Below, piece by piece: positions 1 through 11,268 of a stretch of 64,000 bases of DNA. The position numbers were made by a program, and so were the translations under genes. The notes beneath the pieces were generated by a model. That model worked only from the letters and a program-made list of their open reading frames with translations, ran no database searches and was not told where the DNA came from. Source of the stretch: Chloroflexota bacterium (GTDB taxonomy: Bacteria > Chloroflexota > UBA11872); the NCBI GenBank assembly GCA_022824865.1, contig JAJDZD010000039.1, positions 55,106 to 119,105 of the forward strand. The letters are read 5' to 3'. Each line of letters opens with the position of its first letter. Positions within the stretch are counted from its first letter, which is position 1.

Positions 1-1642
1 GGCGATGTGCGATGACGAACGAGGTACGTCCGCGCATCAAGCGCTCAAGGCCGTCCTGGATTGTGCGTTCGGTGCGCGCATCCACGCTGGAGGTCGCTTC
101 GTCCAGGATCAGGATGCGCGGGTCGGCCAGCAGGGCGCGAGCAAAGCAGATGAGCTGCCGCTGACCGACTGACAGCCGGGCGCCGCGCTCGCGAACGTCC
201 GTCTGGTAGCCGTTCGGCAATTCCTGGATGAAGTCGTGCGCGCCCACGGCCTTCGCGGCCTCGATCACATCCTGCTCAGACGCCTCCGGCCGTCCGAACA
301 CAATGTTCTCGTAGATGCTGGCGGAGAAAAGGAAGCTGTCCTGCGGAACGATGCCGAGCTGGCTGCGCAGGGAATGCTGCGTGACCGAGCGGATGGGATG
401 GCCGTCGATGCGGACCTCGCCGACATCGGCGTCGTAGAAGCGGGCCAGCAGGTTGATCGTCGTCGTCTTGCCGGCGCCGGTTGGTCCCACCAGGGCCACG
501 CGCTGTCCGGGTTCGGCAATGAACGAGACATCGCGCAGGACGTCGGTTCCGTCATAGGCGAAGGTCACGTTGTCGAACTCCACGCGGCCGTCGATGCGCG
601 GCATTGCCACGGCCGTGGGCGAGTCGCTGATCTCCTCCGGCTCGTCCATCAATTCAAAGATCTTCTCGCCGGCGGCCATCGTGGACTGCAGTTGGTTATA
701 GAAGCGGGTGAGTTGCTGGATGGGCTGGAAGAAGCGCGCCACCAGCGCGATGAATGCCACCAGCACCCCGGTGCTTGTGTCGCCACCGACGACGAGCGAA
801 CCGCCAACAACAATGACCAGGGCTGTTGCTATCGCGGAGATCGTGTCGATTACCGGAATGAACCCCGAGACGATGGCCCCCGCGCGCACACTGGCGGCTA
901 CGTTGGCCTGGTTGGTGGCCTCAAATCGCGAGGCATTCGTTCGCTCGCGGCCGAACGACTGGGTGACGCGGACCCCGTCGATGCTCTCCTGCAGGTTGGC
1001 GTAGACATCGCCCACGGTGCTCCGAACGTCGCGGAACGCGTTGCGCGCCTTTGCGCTGAAGAACCGGCTCGCGGCCCACATGACCGGCAGCATGATCAGC
1101 GTGACCAGCGCCAGCTTGGCGTCAAGCACAAACATCATGATTACGATGATCAGCAGGATGAAGACGTCGGTTACGAGGGAGACAACGCCCATCGTCACGA
1201 ATTCGCTGATTACGTCCACGTCGTTGGTTACCCGGGACATCACGGCGCCCAGCGGGTGACGGGTGAAGTACGAGAGCGACAGCCGGTTCAGCTTGGCAAA
1301 CAGGTCGTTGCGCAGCCGCAGCAAGCTCGCCTGCCCAATGGTGGCTGAGATGCGCACCTGGAGGTACGTACCGGCCCACATCACGAACAACGTGAGCAGG
1401 TAGACCGCACCGATGGTGCTCAGCGTGTCGAAATCGCCCTTGTCGATGCCCTCATCGATTCCAAGCTTAAGCAGCACCGGTCCGGCAACGTTGGCGCCGG
1501 ACCCGATGGACACCAACACAATGGCCAGCGCGATCATGCGCTTGTGCGGGCGCAGGTAAGCCAACAGCCGGCGGGTGACGTGCGGGTTGTAGGCGGCCGC
1601 GTCGCCCTCAAAGCGGCCCAGGGACATGCGTCCTGACATCAT
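1..1642 (-). CDS. ABC exporter, fused permease/ATP-binding subunit (3' end runs off the window start)
   Basis: Absent from the ORF track because it has no stop in the window. My minus-strand translation from ATG 1642 gives [13 protein letters not shown]... with a hydrophobic N-half. It then shows Walker [10 protein letters not shown], signature LSVGQRQ and Walker [10 protein letters not shown]. Its ATG overlaps the TGA of the upstream paralogue (ATGA), suggesting a heterodimeric pair. Confidence 0.85.
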   Translation of the reverse strand, partial: MMSGRMSLGRFEGDAAAYNPHVTRRLLAYLRPHKRMIALAIVLVSIGSGANVAGPVLLKLGIDEGIDKGDFDTLSTIGAVYLLTLFVMWAGTYLQVRISATIGQASLLRLRNDLFAKLNRLSLSYFTRHPLGAVMSRVTNDVDVISEFVTMGVVSLVTDVFILLIIVIMMFVLDAKLALVTLIMLPVMWAASRFFSAKARNAFRDVRSTVGDVYANLQESIDGVRVTQSFGRERTNASRFEATNQANVAASVRAGAIVSGFIPVIDTISAIATALVIVVGGSLVVGGDTSTGVLVAFIALVARFFQPIQQLTRFYNQLQSTMAAGEKIFELMDEPEEISDSPTAVAMPRIDGRVEFDNVTFAYDGTDVLRDVSFIAEPGQRVALVGPTGAGKTTTINLLARFYDADVGEVRIDGHPIRSVTQHSLRSQLGIVPQDSFLFSASIYENIVFGRPEASEQDVIEAAKAVGAHDFIQELPNGYQTDVRERGARLSVGQRQLICFARALLADPRILILDEATSSVDARTERTIQDGLERLMRGRTSFVIAHR

Positions 1643-3441
1643 GGCCGGCGGATTCCCACTGGCGTAGGCGCGCCCGTCTCGGCCTTGGCCGCTTCCTGGC
1701 GCAGGAGCTCGGCTTCGACCTCCTGGGCCAGCCACATATCAAGGTAAAGGCCTTCGGCTTCCACCAGGTCCTCGTGGCTCCCGCGCTGCACGATGGCGCC
1801 GTGATCGAGCACGATGATTTCAGCCACATGTCGCACGCTGCGGATGCGTTGGCTGATGATCAGCGTGGTTCGTCCTTCCTGGGCGGTGCGCAGCGCATCC
1901 TGGATGGCACGTTCCGTCCAGGTGTCCACACTCGACGTGGATTCGTCCAGGATCAGGATGCGTGGGTCCAGCACCAGTGCGCGGGCGATCGCCACGCGTT
2001 GCTTCTGGCCACCGGACAGGGTGACACCGCGCTCGCCCACCACGGTCTCGTACCCATTGGGCAGCGTCTCAATGAACCCATGAATCTGAGCCAGCCGGGC
2101 GGCCGTGACGACCTGTTCACGGGTGGCATCGGGCCGGCCGTAGGCGATGTTGGCGCGGATGGTGTCGGCAAAGACGAAAGGCTCCTGATGGACGATGCCG
2201 ATCTGCGCGCGCAGTGAGTCAATGGTCAAGTCGCGCACATCAATGCCATCTACCAGCACCCGACCGTCGTTCGCATCGTAAAAGCGGGGCAAGAGGTTGA
2301 TGATCGAACTCTTGCCCGAGCCCGTGCCGCCGACGATGCCGAGCGCCTGACCGGGCGCGATCGCGAAACTGATCTCGCTGAGCACGGAATGGTGCTCATG
2401 CTGGAAGCCAACGCGCTCGAAGACCACACGGCCCTCGGCCTTGGTGAGCGCTTCGGCGTTGGGTGATTCCAGCACGTCGGAACGCTCGTCCAGGATGTCG
2501 AAGATTCGCTCGCCGGACGCAACGGCGCGAGCAAAGCTGTTGATCGTCATGCCCAGCATTCGGACCGGCATCATCAGAAGCAGCAGGTAGGTGTTGAATG
2601 CCACCAGCGTTCCCAAGGTGAACGTGGGGTCATCGATCACCTTCCAGCCGCCAAACCAGAGCACCGCCACCTGCCCGGCGCCGAGGATGGCGTTGAACAG
2701 CGGCGCGCGCATGGCGAACATGCGCATCACGGTCACCGTGCGGTCATTGAGCATGGCGTTGACCGGAGCAAAGCGGCGAGCTTCGGCATCTTCCTGGGCA
2801 AACGCGCGCACCACGCGCGCTCCGGCTAGGTTCTCCTGCACCACCACGTTGACATCCGCCCAGGCTTCCTGCACCAACTGAAACAGCGGCCGGATGCGCT
2901 TGGCGAACGAAAGGGCGATGCCGACCAGCACTGGAATAATCAGGAGCGACAGCAAAGCAAGCTGCCAGTCGATCACAAACAGGATGACCGCCACGCCACC
3001 GGTTACCAGGAAAATCTGCACGATCTGGAAGATGCCCATCGACGCGAAGCGACGAACGCGTTCGACGTCGCTGGTCGTACGCGACATCAGTTCGCCCGTG
3101 CGGGTCTGGTCGTGGAATCGGAACGAGAGGCTCTGGATGTGCATATAGAGCTGATTGCGAATGGCGAAGACCACCCGCTGGCTCAGGACCTCGGCCATGA
3201 ATTGGCGGCCAAACTGCGAAAGGCCCTTGAAGGCCGTAAAGGCGACGACCAAACCCGCGGCGACATAGAGAACCGTCTGCGCGCCTTCCTTTAACCCCTG
3301 GTCGACGGCTTCCCGAAGAAACATCGGAATCGCCAGATCGGCCACCGTACCGACCAAAGTGACGGCCAAGGTGCCCGCGCTCAGCCGCCAATGCGGCAGG
3401 GCATAGCGGATCAAGCGGGTCAGGATCGTCGTGCTACGCAT
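1639..3441 (-). CDS. ABC exporter, fused permease/ATP-binding subunit
   Basis: ORF track 1639..3465. Hydrophobic N-half, Walker [10 protein letters not shown], signature LSGGQKQR, Walker [11 protein letters not shown] prefer the internal ATG at 3441 ([16 protein letters not shown] about 7 nt upstream) over the TTG at 3465. The start is uncertain. Confidence 0.88.
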   Translation of the reverse strand: MRSTTILTRLIRYALPHWRLSAGTLAVTLVGTVADLAIPMFLREAVDQGLKEGAQTVLYVAAGLVVAFTAFKGLSQFGRQFMAEVLSQRVVFAIRNQLYMHIQSLSFRFHDQTRTGELMSRTTSDVERVRRFASMGIFQIVQIFLVTGGVAVILFVIDWQLALLSLLIIPVLVGIALSFAKRIRPLFQLVQEAWADVNVVVQENLAGARVVRAFAQEDAEARRFAPVNAMLNDRTVTVMRMFAMRAPLFNAILGAGQVAVLWFGGWKVIDDPTFTLGTLVAFNTYLLLLMMPVRMLGMTINSFARAVASGERIFDILDERSDVLESPNAEALTKAEGRVVFERVGFQHEHHSVLSEISFAIAPGQALGIVGGTGSGKSSIINLLPRFYDANDGRVLVDGIDVRDLTIDSLRAQIGIVHQEPFVFADTIRANIAYGRPDATREQVVTAARLAQIHGFIETLPNGYETVVGERGVTLSGGQKQRVAIARALVLDPRILILDESTSSVDTWTERAIQDALRTAQEGRTTLIISQRIRSVRHVAEIIVLDHGAIVQRGSHEDLVEAEGLYLDMWLAQEVEAELLRQEAAKAETGAPTPVGIRRP

Positions 3442-3934
3442 GGACGACCCTTCGTCGGGTGCCAAAGTAGCCGGCTTCCCGCTTGGCGCTGATGGCGCCG
3501 TTCAGCCGTGATAGCGACTGGGCAATATCCGCCAACTCAGACTCGCCGAGTTCGTCGAGCGCGCCTTCCAGATACTCCACAAAGGCGGCTTCATAGGCCG
3601 CCAGGCTCTCAAGCCCGGCGGCCGTGGCTTCGATCAAGAGATGCCGACGATCCTCGGGGTCCTCGGTGCGAGTGGTCAGGCCGGCAACGACCAAACGGTC
3701 CACCGTCTGCGACATGGTCTGGCTGCTGAGCAGTTGCCAATCAGCTAGGTCCTTCATGCGGCGCGGGCCCCGCCGACGGAGGGCGCGCAGCGTCCGGTAT
3801 TCCGGCTGCGTAAGCCCCAGGCTGGCTTCGCGGGCCTTGGCGAAGCGATGAGCAATGCGCGTGAGGCGCGAACCCAGCACGGCCAATTCAGCCGCAGCTT
3901 CCGCGCTTGCGTTACTCGTAATTATCAGTCTCAC
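3434..3934 (-). CDS. MarR family transcriptional regulator
   Basis: 166 aa with a winged-helix MarR-like core (LTQPEYRTLRALRRRGPRRMKDLADWQLLSSQTMSQTVDRLVVAGLTTR). GTG start. Its 3' end overlaps the start of the downstream ABC pair. Confidence 0.8.
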   Translation of the reverse strand: MRLIITSNASAEAAAELAVLGSRLTRIAHRFAKAREASLGLTQPEYRTLRALRRRGPRRMKDLADWQLLSSQTMSQTVDRLVVAGLTTRTEDPEDRRHLLIEATAAGLESLAAYEAAFVEYLEGALDELGESELADIAQSLSRLNGAISAKREAGYFGTRRRVVHA

Positions 3935-4037
3935 AGATCATCCGATAGACGAATCATACGTAACACGTACGAATTGCGCAAGCGGTGTTTGTGGCGACCG
4001 GGATCGAAGCCAGGCCGGAACTGCGCTGAGTAGCAGC

Positions 4038-4526
4038 CTAGGCGTTGTCGATGATTGCCAGAAGATGCGCTGAGTCGGGCCAGTCGCGTTGGTGGGCGCC
4101 GACGCTGATGAAGCGGATACGGCCCTTGGGATCAACCAGGAACACGCTGGGCCGGGCGATGTTCCAGGACTCGAAGTTGGCGCGGACGTAGACGCCGTAG
4201 CGGCGGATCGCGGCGCGATCGGGATCAGCCAGGAGCGGGAACGGAAGCGTCAGGCCTTTCGCGAAGCGCCGTACGCCTTCCGGCCCCTGACCGTAGACGC
4301 CGACGATTGAGACCTTGCGTCGCTCCCATTCCTCCAACTCGCCCGCGAGCTGCGCCAGATATCTCCGGCAGTTCGGTCACCAGGTATGGCGGAGGAAGAT
4401 CAGGAGTTGCCACTGGCTCGTGGCGGGAATCTCGCAGAGTTGATCGGGATCCGAAGCGAGCGGCAAGGTGAAACGGGGCGCGGGATCCCCGAGCTCGAGC
4501 GTTTCTGAGCCCTCGGCACGCGGCAA
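4038..4526 (-). CDS. AhpC/TSA-redoxin (thioredoxin-fold) protein with in-frame TGA, candidate UxxC selenoprotein
   Basis: The track only reports the C-terminal 99 aa (4038..4337). Reading the same frame upstream through TGA (4379..4377) gives MPRAEGSETLELGDPAPRFTLPLASDPDQLCEIPATSQWQLLIFLRHTW-[TGA]-PNCRRYLAQLAGELEEW... from TTG 4526. GDPAPRFTLP and FPLLADP..YGV are typical redoxin-domain landmarks. The TGA sits where the first Cys of WCxxC is expected. Confidence 0.55.
4335..4370 (-). promoter_or_regulatory. Candidate SECIS-like hairpins downstream of the in-frame UGA
   Basis: Two adjacent 7-bp stem / 4-nt loop hairpins on the mRNA. The first is UGCCGGA-GAUA-UCUGGCG (4370..4353), starting 7 nt after the UGA. 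The second is CAGCUCG-CGGG-CGAGUUG (4352..4335). Folded by eye only. Confidence 0.3.
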
Positions 4527-4604
4527 GGCAGGACTTTCGTGGGTTTGCGGACGAGTGACGCAAAACTGAGTATCGCAATGCCGCGGGTCCGCGGCAGCCG
4601 GAAC

Positions 4605-5410
4605 TCAGGCGACGATGTCGCGACGCCGGAAGATGACGAGCGAGAGGACCGCCGTAACTACCGCGCTAACGCCCAGCACCAGGGTGTCTCGCCAGATGAA
4701 GTCGCCGGGCCCCAGTTGGTCCACCGGGTTCCAGTAACCAAAGATGCTGATCTTCTCCAGCCACTCCAGGTTGGACGCGATATCAGCCACGAGCAGCAAC
4801 ACGAACATAATCACGATGATGCCGGCGGCCAGACCGTAGGTTCGGCCGGGCTGCAGGATCAGCGTGGCCAGCAGGAGTCCGCCGCCGGCGATTGCCAGCG
4901 TAAAGACCAGCATCTGCAGGTGGACCAGCAGCAACTCGAGCGCGCCCAACTCAACCTCGCTGGCCCAAATGGCCGCGCCGATCAGAATCGCAACGAACGA
5001 AGCCGCAATCACCACGGTGGTGAGAATCAGCAAGGCCGCGATGCGCGACAGCAAAAAACGCGTGCGGCTGATCGGCGCGGACAGCAGCACGTCCAGCGTG
5101 CCGGATCCAAAGTCCCGGGTGATGAGCCCGGCCCCAAACCAAACGCCGAAATAGGCCAGCACCAGCATGAGGGTGCTGGTGTACTGCGAACTGAAGTAGC
5201 TGTAGAAGGTGTTTTGCTGAGCCGTCGCCCCCGCGACTTGGGTGCCGCCAAAGACCTCGCTGCCACCCATGGCCTGGGTGAGGTCGTCCCAGTTTTCGGC
5301 AAACAACGGCCACAGGCCCATGATCAGCAGGCCCAACGCGAATATCCCGAAGTCAAACCATATGGTCGCGAGCCGCCGGGTGCGCAGGGTTACGCGGATG
5401 ATGCTGAGGT

Positions 5411-5414
<4 letters not shown>
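4605..5414 (-). CDS. ABC-2 type transporter permease
   Basis: 269 aa, multi-span hydrophobic protein. Its start overlaps the stop of the upstream ATPase gene (5411-5414). Confidence 0.75.
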
Positions 5415-6301
<887 letters not shown>

Positions 6302-6441
6302 GGCGGCCCGGAAGCCTCCACGCCCGCCCGCGGGCGGCCGTCCGGTAGGTTCTCGTGGTCAGGGCACCTCAATGTATCAGTCAAGACGACATCGGCAATG
6401 TGGCAAACGTTACGGCCGTCCCCCACCGCCTAGACTGCCGC

Positions 6442-7074
6442 ATGCGGCTCGACCTGTTTCCGCTCAATACCGTCCTGTTTCCCGGCATGCGCCTGCCGCT
6501 GCACATCTTCGAACCGCGCTACCGGGCGATGCTGGGGCGCTGCATCGAAACCGAAGGCGTCTTTGGAGTCGTGCTGATCGCCGAGGGCGAGGAAGTCGGT
6601 CCCGCCGCCATCCCGTACAAGATCGGGACGACAGCGCGAGTCGAGAAGGTGGAGTTTCTGCCGGACGGGCGCTTCAATTTGCTGGCCGCTGGCGAAACGC
6701 GGTTCCGGATCGAGCGCATCGTGGCCGAGGAACCGCACGTGGTCGGCGAGGTGGAGCTGACGCCGATTCGGACTGACGCCACCGAGTCAACCCTGCAAGC
6801 CGCCGAGGACGTCCGCGAGCAATTCGAGCGCCTGGTGACGCTGATGATCGAGATCCAGGCCGGCTACATGCCGGAGTTCGAACTGCCGGCTGATCCACTG
6901 CAACTGGCCCATCTCATCGCGGCGGGCATTCCCACCGGCCCCGGCAGCGCCCAGCGACTGTTGGAAGCCGATTCACTTGCGGACCTGCTGGCCCTGGAGG
7001 GCGAGCTGCTGGACCTGCGGATCGAACAGGCGCTGCGCCGGCTGCAAGAGAAACTGGACGCGCGGCGAAACTAG
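6442..7074 (+). CDS. LON N-terminal (substrate-binding) domain protein
   Basis: MRLDLFPLNTVLFPGMRLPLHIFEPRYRAML is the typical start of stand-alone Lon N-domain proteins. I chose the internal ATG at 6442 of track ORF 6355..7074. Confidence 0.8.
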   Translation: MRLDLFPLNTVLFPGMRLPLHIFEPRYRAMLGRCIETEGVFGVVLIAEGEEVGPAAIPYKIGTTARVEKVEFLPDGRFNLLAAGETRFRIERIVAEEPHVVGEVELTPIRTDATESTLQAAEDVREQFERLVTLMIEIQAGYMPEFELPADPLQLAHLIAAGIPTGPGSAQRLLEADSLADLLALEGELLDLRIEQALRRLQEKLDARRN

Positions 7075-7228
7075 GCGGCGGCGCTTCCCGCGAACTCAGC
7101 GTTCGAGGCTGGCCGGGCCATTCGTACGGCCGCTGTTCAGACCGCGACGCCGGGCAAGCACTTCGAGGTTTCCGGCTCTGTAGACTCGCCGGTCGGTGTG
7201 GACGCGCGCTCGAAGCCGAGGTGCGACG

Positions 7229-7534
7229 ATGGATGAATATCCGGTGGATGTTGTAGCGGAATATCCCGAGCGAAGCTCGCGCCTGCTGGCGCTGGCAGGG
7301 CTGCTCACTGTCTTCAAGATCCTGCTGATTCTTCCGCACATCCTGGTGCTCACGGTTCTCGGTTTCGTGGCGTATTTCGCAACCCTGGTTGGCTGGATCG
7401 GGATCCTGATCGTTGGCTACTACCCGCGTGGCCTCTATGACTTCCAGGTCGGGATTCTTCGCTGGAACTTGCGGGTGAACGCCTACTTTTTGAGTGTGAC
7501 TGACCGATACCCGCCGTTTCGGCTTTACGACTAG
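7229..7534 (+). CDS. DUF4389-like small membrane protein
   Basis: MDEYPVDVVAEYPERSSRLLALAGLL...YYPRGLYDFQVGILRWNLRVNAYFLSVTDRYPPFRL matches my memory of DUF4389. Internal ATG of track ORF 7196..7534. Confidence 0.6.
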   Translation: MDEYPVDVVAEYPERSSRLLALAGLLTVFKILLILPHILVLTVLGFVAYFATLVGWIGILIVGYYPRGLYDFQVGILRWNLRVNAYFLSVTDRYPPFRLYD

Positions 7535-7659
7535 ACGCTCAACGTCGCTTCGAAGGCAGGAGCCTCGAGCGCGGGTTTGCCCGCTGACTTGAACAGGCTC
7601 GCGACCGGGCGACGCACCCTGACGTTGCGGACTGGCGAAGTGGGGCTAAGTTTGCTGCT

Positions 7660-10038
7660 GTGACCGAGCCTACTGATCAGACGACGGACGCAGAGCCCGC
7701 TGACCCACAGATGACCGTCGCCGACGCCCAGACGCTCGAGCTGCTGGAGCTGCCGGCGGTCCTGGCGCGCGTAGCCCAGTTCGCCTCGTTCTCGGCCGCA
7801 CGCGCCGGGGTGCTGGCGTTGCGACCGGTTGCCGACCGAACGACGGTTCGTGCCCGTCTGGAGTTGACGGCACAGGGCCGCCAGTTCCTTGAAGTCAGCC
7901 CCTCGTTCACCGTGGGCGGCGCTCGGGACGTGCGCGACCGGGCGGAGCGGGCTGCGCGCGGCGCCCGCCTGGATCCCGCCGACCTGCTGGACATCCACGA
8001 CCACCTGCGCGCCACGCGCCTGGCCGTGGCGGCGGTGGGCCGGCAGGCGGCCGAGCTTCCCGTCCTGTGGTCGCTGGTGGAGGTCGCCAGCGATCCGCCG
8101 GATCTGGAAGGTCGCATCGCAGCTGCCATTGATGAAGAAGCCAATGTTCGTGACGAGGCCTCGCCGGAGCTCGCGCGCCTGCGACGCATGCTGGCGCAGG
8201 CGCGCGGACGTCTGACGCGCCTGCTAGAGCGCATGATTCAGCAAGTTTCGTCGGACGTGCTCCGCGAACGCCTGGTCACGGAGCGCCGCGGACGGCTGAC
8301 CGTGCCGGTACGGCGCGAACGTCAACGCGACTTTCCCGGTGTCGTGCACGACGTCTCGGCCAGCGGCGTCACCGTGTTCATGGAGCCTCTGGCGGCCATC
8401 GAGGCGGGCAACGAGATCCGCTCGCTGGAAGTCGCCGAGCGACGCGAAGTCGAGCGCATCCTGCTCGAACTGTCGGCGGCGGTTGGCGCGGAGCGGCAGG
8501 CCCTCAACGCAGCCGTACAGGCCCTGGCCGACCTGGACCGGACGCTGGCCGTGGCGCGTTATGCAGACGCTATGCACGCCGTTCTACCCGCGGTGAGCGA
8601 CGACACATCATTCGATCTGAAAGCCGCGCGCCATCCGCTGCTCGACCAGCCGGTTCCGATCGACGTTCACCTCGACGGCGTCGAGCTCCGCGCCCTGGTG
8701 ATCACCGGCGCGAACACCGGGGGTAAGACCGTGGCGCTGAAGACGGTGGGGCTCCTGCACCTGATGGCCGCCTGCGGATTGCACGTTCCTGCGAAACCGG
8801 GGTCGCGGGTGGCCGTGTTCGAGCGGGTCGTGGCTGACATCGGCGACGCGCAGAGCATCGAGCACAGTCTCAGTACGTTTGCCTCGCACGTGCGCAATCT
8901 GCGGGCCATGGTCGAGGCCGCTGGGACGGGAGCCCTGGCGCTGGCAGACGAAATCGGCGCCGGCACCGATCCCGACGAGGGCGCGGCGCTGGGCCAGGCC
9001 GTCATTCACGCCCTGCTCGACCGCGGCGCGACCGTGGTGGCCACCACGCATCATCCGGCCCTCAAGGCCTTTGCCGCGGCGCACCCGTCGGCGCGCAATG
9101 CCAGCGTGGAGTTCGATCACGCCACCTTGCGTCCCACCTACCGCCTGCGACTGGGCATTCCGGGGTCCAGCAATGCCCTGGAAATCGCGGACCGGCTGGG
9201 CATTGACGCCGCGATAGTCAACGACGCTCGTGCGCGCATGTCCAAAGGGGCGCTGGACCTGGAACGCGCCATTGTCGATGCACAAAACGCACGAGCGACT
9301 GCGGAACGCGAACGCGCCGCCAGCGCGGAGGCGCGCAGCGACGCCGAACGGTCGCGCCTGGAGTTCGACAAGCAGATGGACGAACTGGAAAGCGAACGCG
9401 AAACACTCCTGCGCGATGCCCGGCGGGAGGCGCGCGGCCTGCTGCGCGGCGCGCGCCAGGCACTCCAGGAGGCGCGGCGCGCGGCCCGCACCGGTCAGGC
9501 TGCCGCCCGGCGTACGGCACGAACCAGCCTGGCGACGACGGAGAAGCGATTGGCCCCGGCGTCGCCTCCGCCAGCGGAATCCTCCGAGCGTGACCCGCTC
9601 GAGGTGCGGGTCGGTGACGAGGTGGAGGCGGACGGCTTCTCGGGTCGAGCCCTGGTGCTGAGCGCCACGGATCAGTCCGTGGAGGTTGCCATCGGCAGCG
9701 CTCGCGCCACCTTTGACCGCGCCCGCCTTCAGCGTGTGTTTCCGGCGTCACCTCGTCCAAAACGCCGTCGTCGCCGCCCGCCGGGTGGCGGCGGGACTCA
9801 GGAAATGGACATTCGCGGAATGCGGGCCGAAGAGGCGGCCGAAATGGCGGAACGCAGCGTTGACGAGGCGCTGCGCCAGGGCGCCGCCGCGCTGCGCATC
9901 ATCCACGGCAAGGGCACGGGCGCCTTGCGCGCGGTCGTGGCTGAGGTCCTGACCGGACACCCCTCGGTTCGGAACCATGCGCCCGCGCCGCTCAACGAAG
10001 GCGGCGATGGCGTCACGGTAGCGGCGCTACGCAACTGA
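7660..10038 (+). CDS. mutS2: Endonuclease MutS2
   Basis: 792 aa. MutS-type P-loop GANTGGKT, a long charged coiled-coil region, and a C-terminal Smr domain (DIRGMRAEEA...IIHGKGTGALR). Confidence 0.9.
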   Translation: MTEPTDQTTDAEPADPQMTVADAQTLELLELPAVLARVAQFASFSAARAGVLALRPVADRTTVRARLELTAQGRQFLEVSPSFTVGGARDVRDRAERAARGARLDPADLLDIHDHLRATRLAVAAVGRQAAELPVLWSLVEVASDPPDLEGRIAAAIDEEANVRDEASPELARLRRMLAQARGRLTRLLERMIQQVSSDVLRERLVTERRGRLTVPVRRERQRDFPGVVHDVSASGVTVFMEPLAAIEAGNEIRSLEVAERREVERILLELSAAVGAERQALNAAVQALADLDRTLAVARYADAMHAVLPAVSDDTSFDLKAARHPLLDQPVPIDVHLDGVELRALVITGANTGGKTVALKTVGLLHLMAACGLHVPAKPGSRVAVFERVVADIGDAQSIEHSLSTFASHVRNLRAMVEAAGTGALALADEIGAGTDPDEGAALGQAVIHALLDRGATVVATTHHPALKAFAAAHPSARNASVEFDHATLRPTYRLRLGIPGSSNALEIADRLGIDAAIVNDARARMSKGALDLERAIVDAQNARATAERERAASAEARSDAERSRLEFDKQMDELESERETLLRDARREARGLLRGARQALQEARRAARTGQAAARRTARTSLATTEKRLAPASPPPAESSERDPLEVRVGDEVEADGFSGRALVLSATDQSVEVAIGSARATFDRARLQRVFPASPRPKRRRRRPPGGGGTQEMDIRGMRAEEAAEMAERSVDEALRQGAAALRIIHGKGTGALRAVVAEVLTGHPSVRNHAPAPLNEGGDGVTVAALRN

Positions 10039-10076
10039 ACGGCTCCGACCGTCCGATCAGGACGTGAACCCAGGCC

Positions 10077-10256
10077 CTACTGGTGAAGCGATTCGAAATC
10101 GACGCCAGGCTCGACGCCGAAGACCTTGCGGGCGACCTCACGCCGAAAGTTGGCGGTGTGCTCGGACGTCAGGACGTAGGCGGTCGCGACTCCGGCCGCG
10201 AAGCCGGCGGGGAATGCCAGCGCCAATCCCAGCAGCAGCATTTTCAATCCACGCAT
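10077..10256 (-). CDS. Small hypothetical membrane protein (59 aa)
   Basis: Below the ORF-track size cutoff. My translation is MRGLKMLLLGLALAFPAGFAAGVATAYVLTSEHTANFRREVARKVFGVEPGVDFESLHQ. It has a hydrophobic N-terminus and lies 8 nt downstream of rsfS on the same strand. Confidence 0.3.
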   Translation of the reverse strand: MRGLKMLLLGLALAFPAGFAAGVATAYVLTSEHTANFRREVARKVFGVEPGVDFESLHQ

Positions 10257-10264
10257 CGTCAGTC

Positions 10265-10615
10265 CTACTGAACCCGCAACACCACGGGCGCTTCGGTCCA
10301 GAACTCCTCAAGTTGATAGTACGCCCGGCCCTCTTCGGAAAACACATGAACGACCACGTCGCCAAAGTCGGCCAGCACCCAGGCATCCGCCGCCTCGCCC
10401 TCGAGCATGGGCCGACGTCCAGCCACGCCTTTCAACTCGCGGTCCAGCAGGTCGCGCACGGCGCGCATCTGGGGCGTGCTGGAAACGGTAGTGACGACGA
10501 AGTAGTCCGCCAGGACGCTCAGGCCGCGGATGTCCAACAGCACGGTATCCGCAGCCCCGCGCGCGGCCACCGCATCAACGATGTGGCGCGCGAGCTTGAT
10601 CGGGCTCAGAGGCAA
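10265..10615 (-). CDS. rsfS: Ribosome silencing factor RsfS
   Basis: The C-terminal 116 aa of track ORF 10265..10957 (LARHIVDAVAARGAADTVLLDIRGLSVLADYFVVTTVSSTPQMRAV...VVHVFSEEGRAYYQLEEFW) is RsfS-like. I chose TTG 10615, which follows the nadD stop. Confidence 0.8.
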   Translation of the reverse strand: MPLSPIKLARHIVDAVAARGAADTVLLDIRGLSVLADYFVVTTVSSTPQMRAVRDLLDRELKGVAGRRPMLEGEAADAWVLADFGDVVVHVFSEEGRAYYQLEEFWTEAPVVLRVQ

Positions 10616-10640
10616 ACCGGAATACGGGCAAGCGGCTGAA

Positions 10641-11267
10641 TCATATCGCCCCCGGCGCCTCGATCCCGTCGTCGGCGTAAAGGTCGTGGGCGGCAATGTA
10701 CTCGGCCACGCACCGAGGCACCCAGGCGTCGACAGGCCGCCCGCGCGCACATTGAGCCCGGATCCGGGAGGCCGAAATGTCCACCGGCGGCATGCGATGC
10801 ACGTGGATTCGAATCTCGGCTCTCGCATGCAAGGCCAGTACCTCGCGTGGAATCTCCGTGGAATGTCCGGGCCGCGGCACGGCGATGATCTGCGCCGCCG
10901 CCAGAATCCGGTCGGCATGGCGCCAGGCTGGAAGTTCACTGACCGCATCGGCGCCAAGGATCAGGAAAAGCTCGGCCGCTGGACGCTTGGCAGCCAGACC
11001 TTGCAGCGTGTCGATCATGTACGACGGTCCGGACCGCTCGATATCGATGGCCGAGACCTCGAAGCCTGGAAAGCCCTCGATGGCGCAGCCGACCATCGCC
11101 AGTCGGTCATTCGCCGAGGCCAGCGGCGGAGCGCGCAGCGGCGACTGGCGCGCTGGGATGAAGAGGATGCGGTTCAGGTCAAACGCCTGGCGCACGCTGC
11201 GCGCCACCGCCAGGTGCCCCCGATGCACAGGGTCGAACGTGCCGCCGTAGACGCCGATCCGGTCCAC
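10641..11267 (-). CDS. nadD: Nicotinate-nucleotide adenylyltransferase
   Basis: 208 aa. GVYGGTFDPVHRGH (HxGH nucleotidyltransferase motif). Classic nadD-rsfS adjacency. Confidence 0.9.
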   Translation of the reverse strand: MDRIGVYGGTFDPVHRGHLAVARSVRQAFDLNRILFIPARQSPLRAPPLASANDRLAMVGCAIEGFPGFEVSAIDIERSGPSYMIDTLQGLAAKRPAAELFLILGADAVSELPAWRHADRILAAAQIIAVPRPGHSTEIPREVLALHARAEIRIHVHRMPPVDISASRIRAQCARGRPVDAWVPRCVAEYIAAHDLYADDGIEAPGAI

Positions 11268-11268
11268 G

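Noticed and set aside
236-1348. 370-aa plus-strand ORF in the track
   Set aside because: It is antisense to a clear ABC exporter gene (Walker A, signature and Walker B motifs read on the minus strand). Its product is Arg/Gly/His/Asp-rich with no recognisable domain. This is a typical high-GC shadow ORF.
4225-4578. 117-aa minus-strand ORF overlapping the redoxin gene in another frame
   Set aside because: The product is Arg/Ala/Pro-rich with no family landmarks. The alternative frame with TGA read-through gives a complete redoxin domain.
10083-10271. 62-aa plus-strand ORF after mutS2
   Set aside because: It has no SD and a low-complexity charged product. The opposite strand encodes a more plausible small hydrophobic protein directly after rsfS.
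10801-10827. tRNA T-arm-like string (ggattcgaatctc)
   Set aside because: It lies inside the nadD coding frame, with no acceptor or anticodon arms around it. I found no tRNA-like structure, including tRNA-Sec, in any intergenic region.
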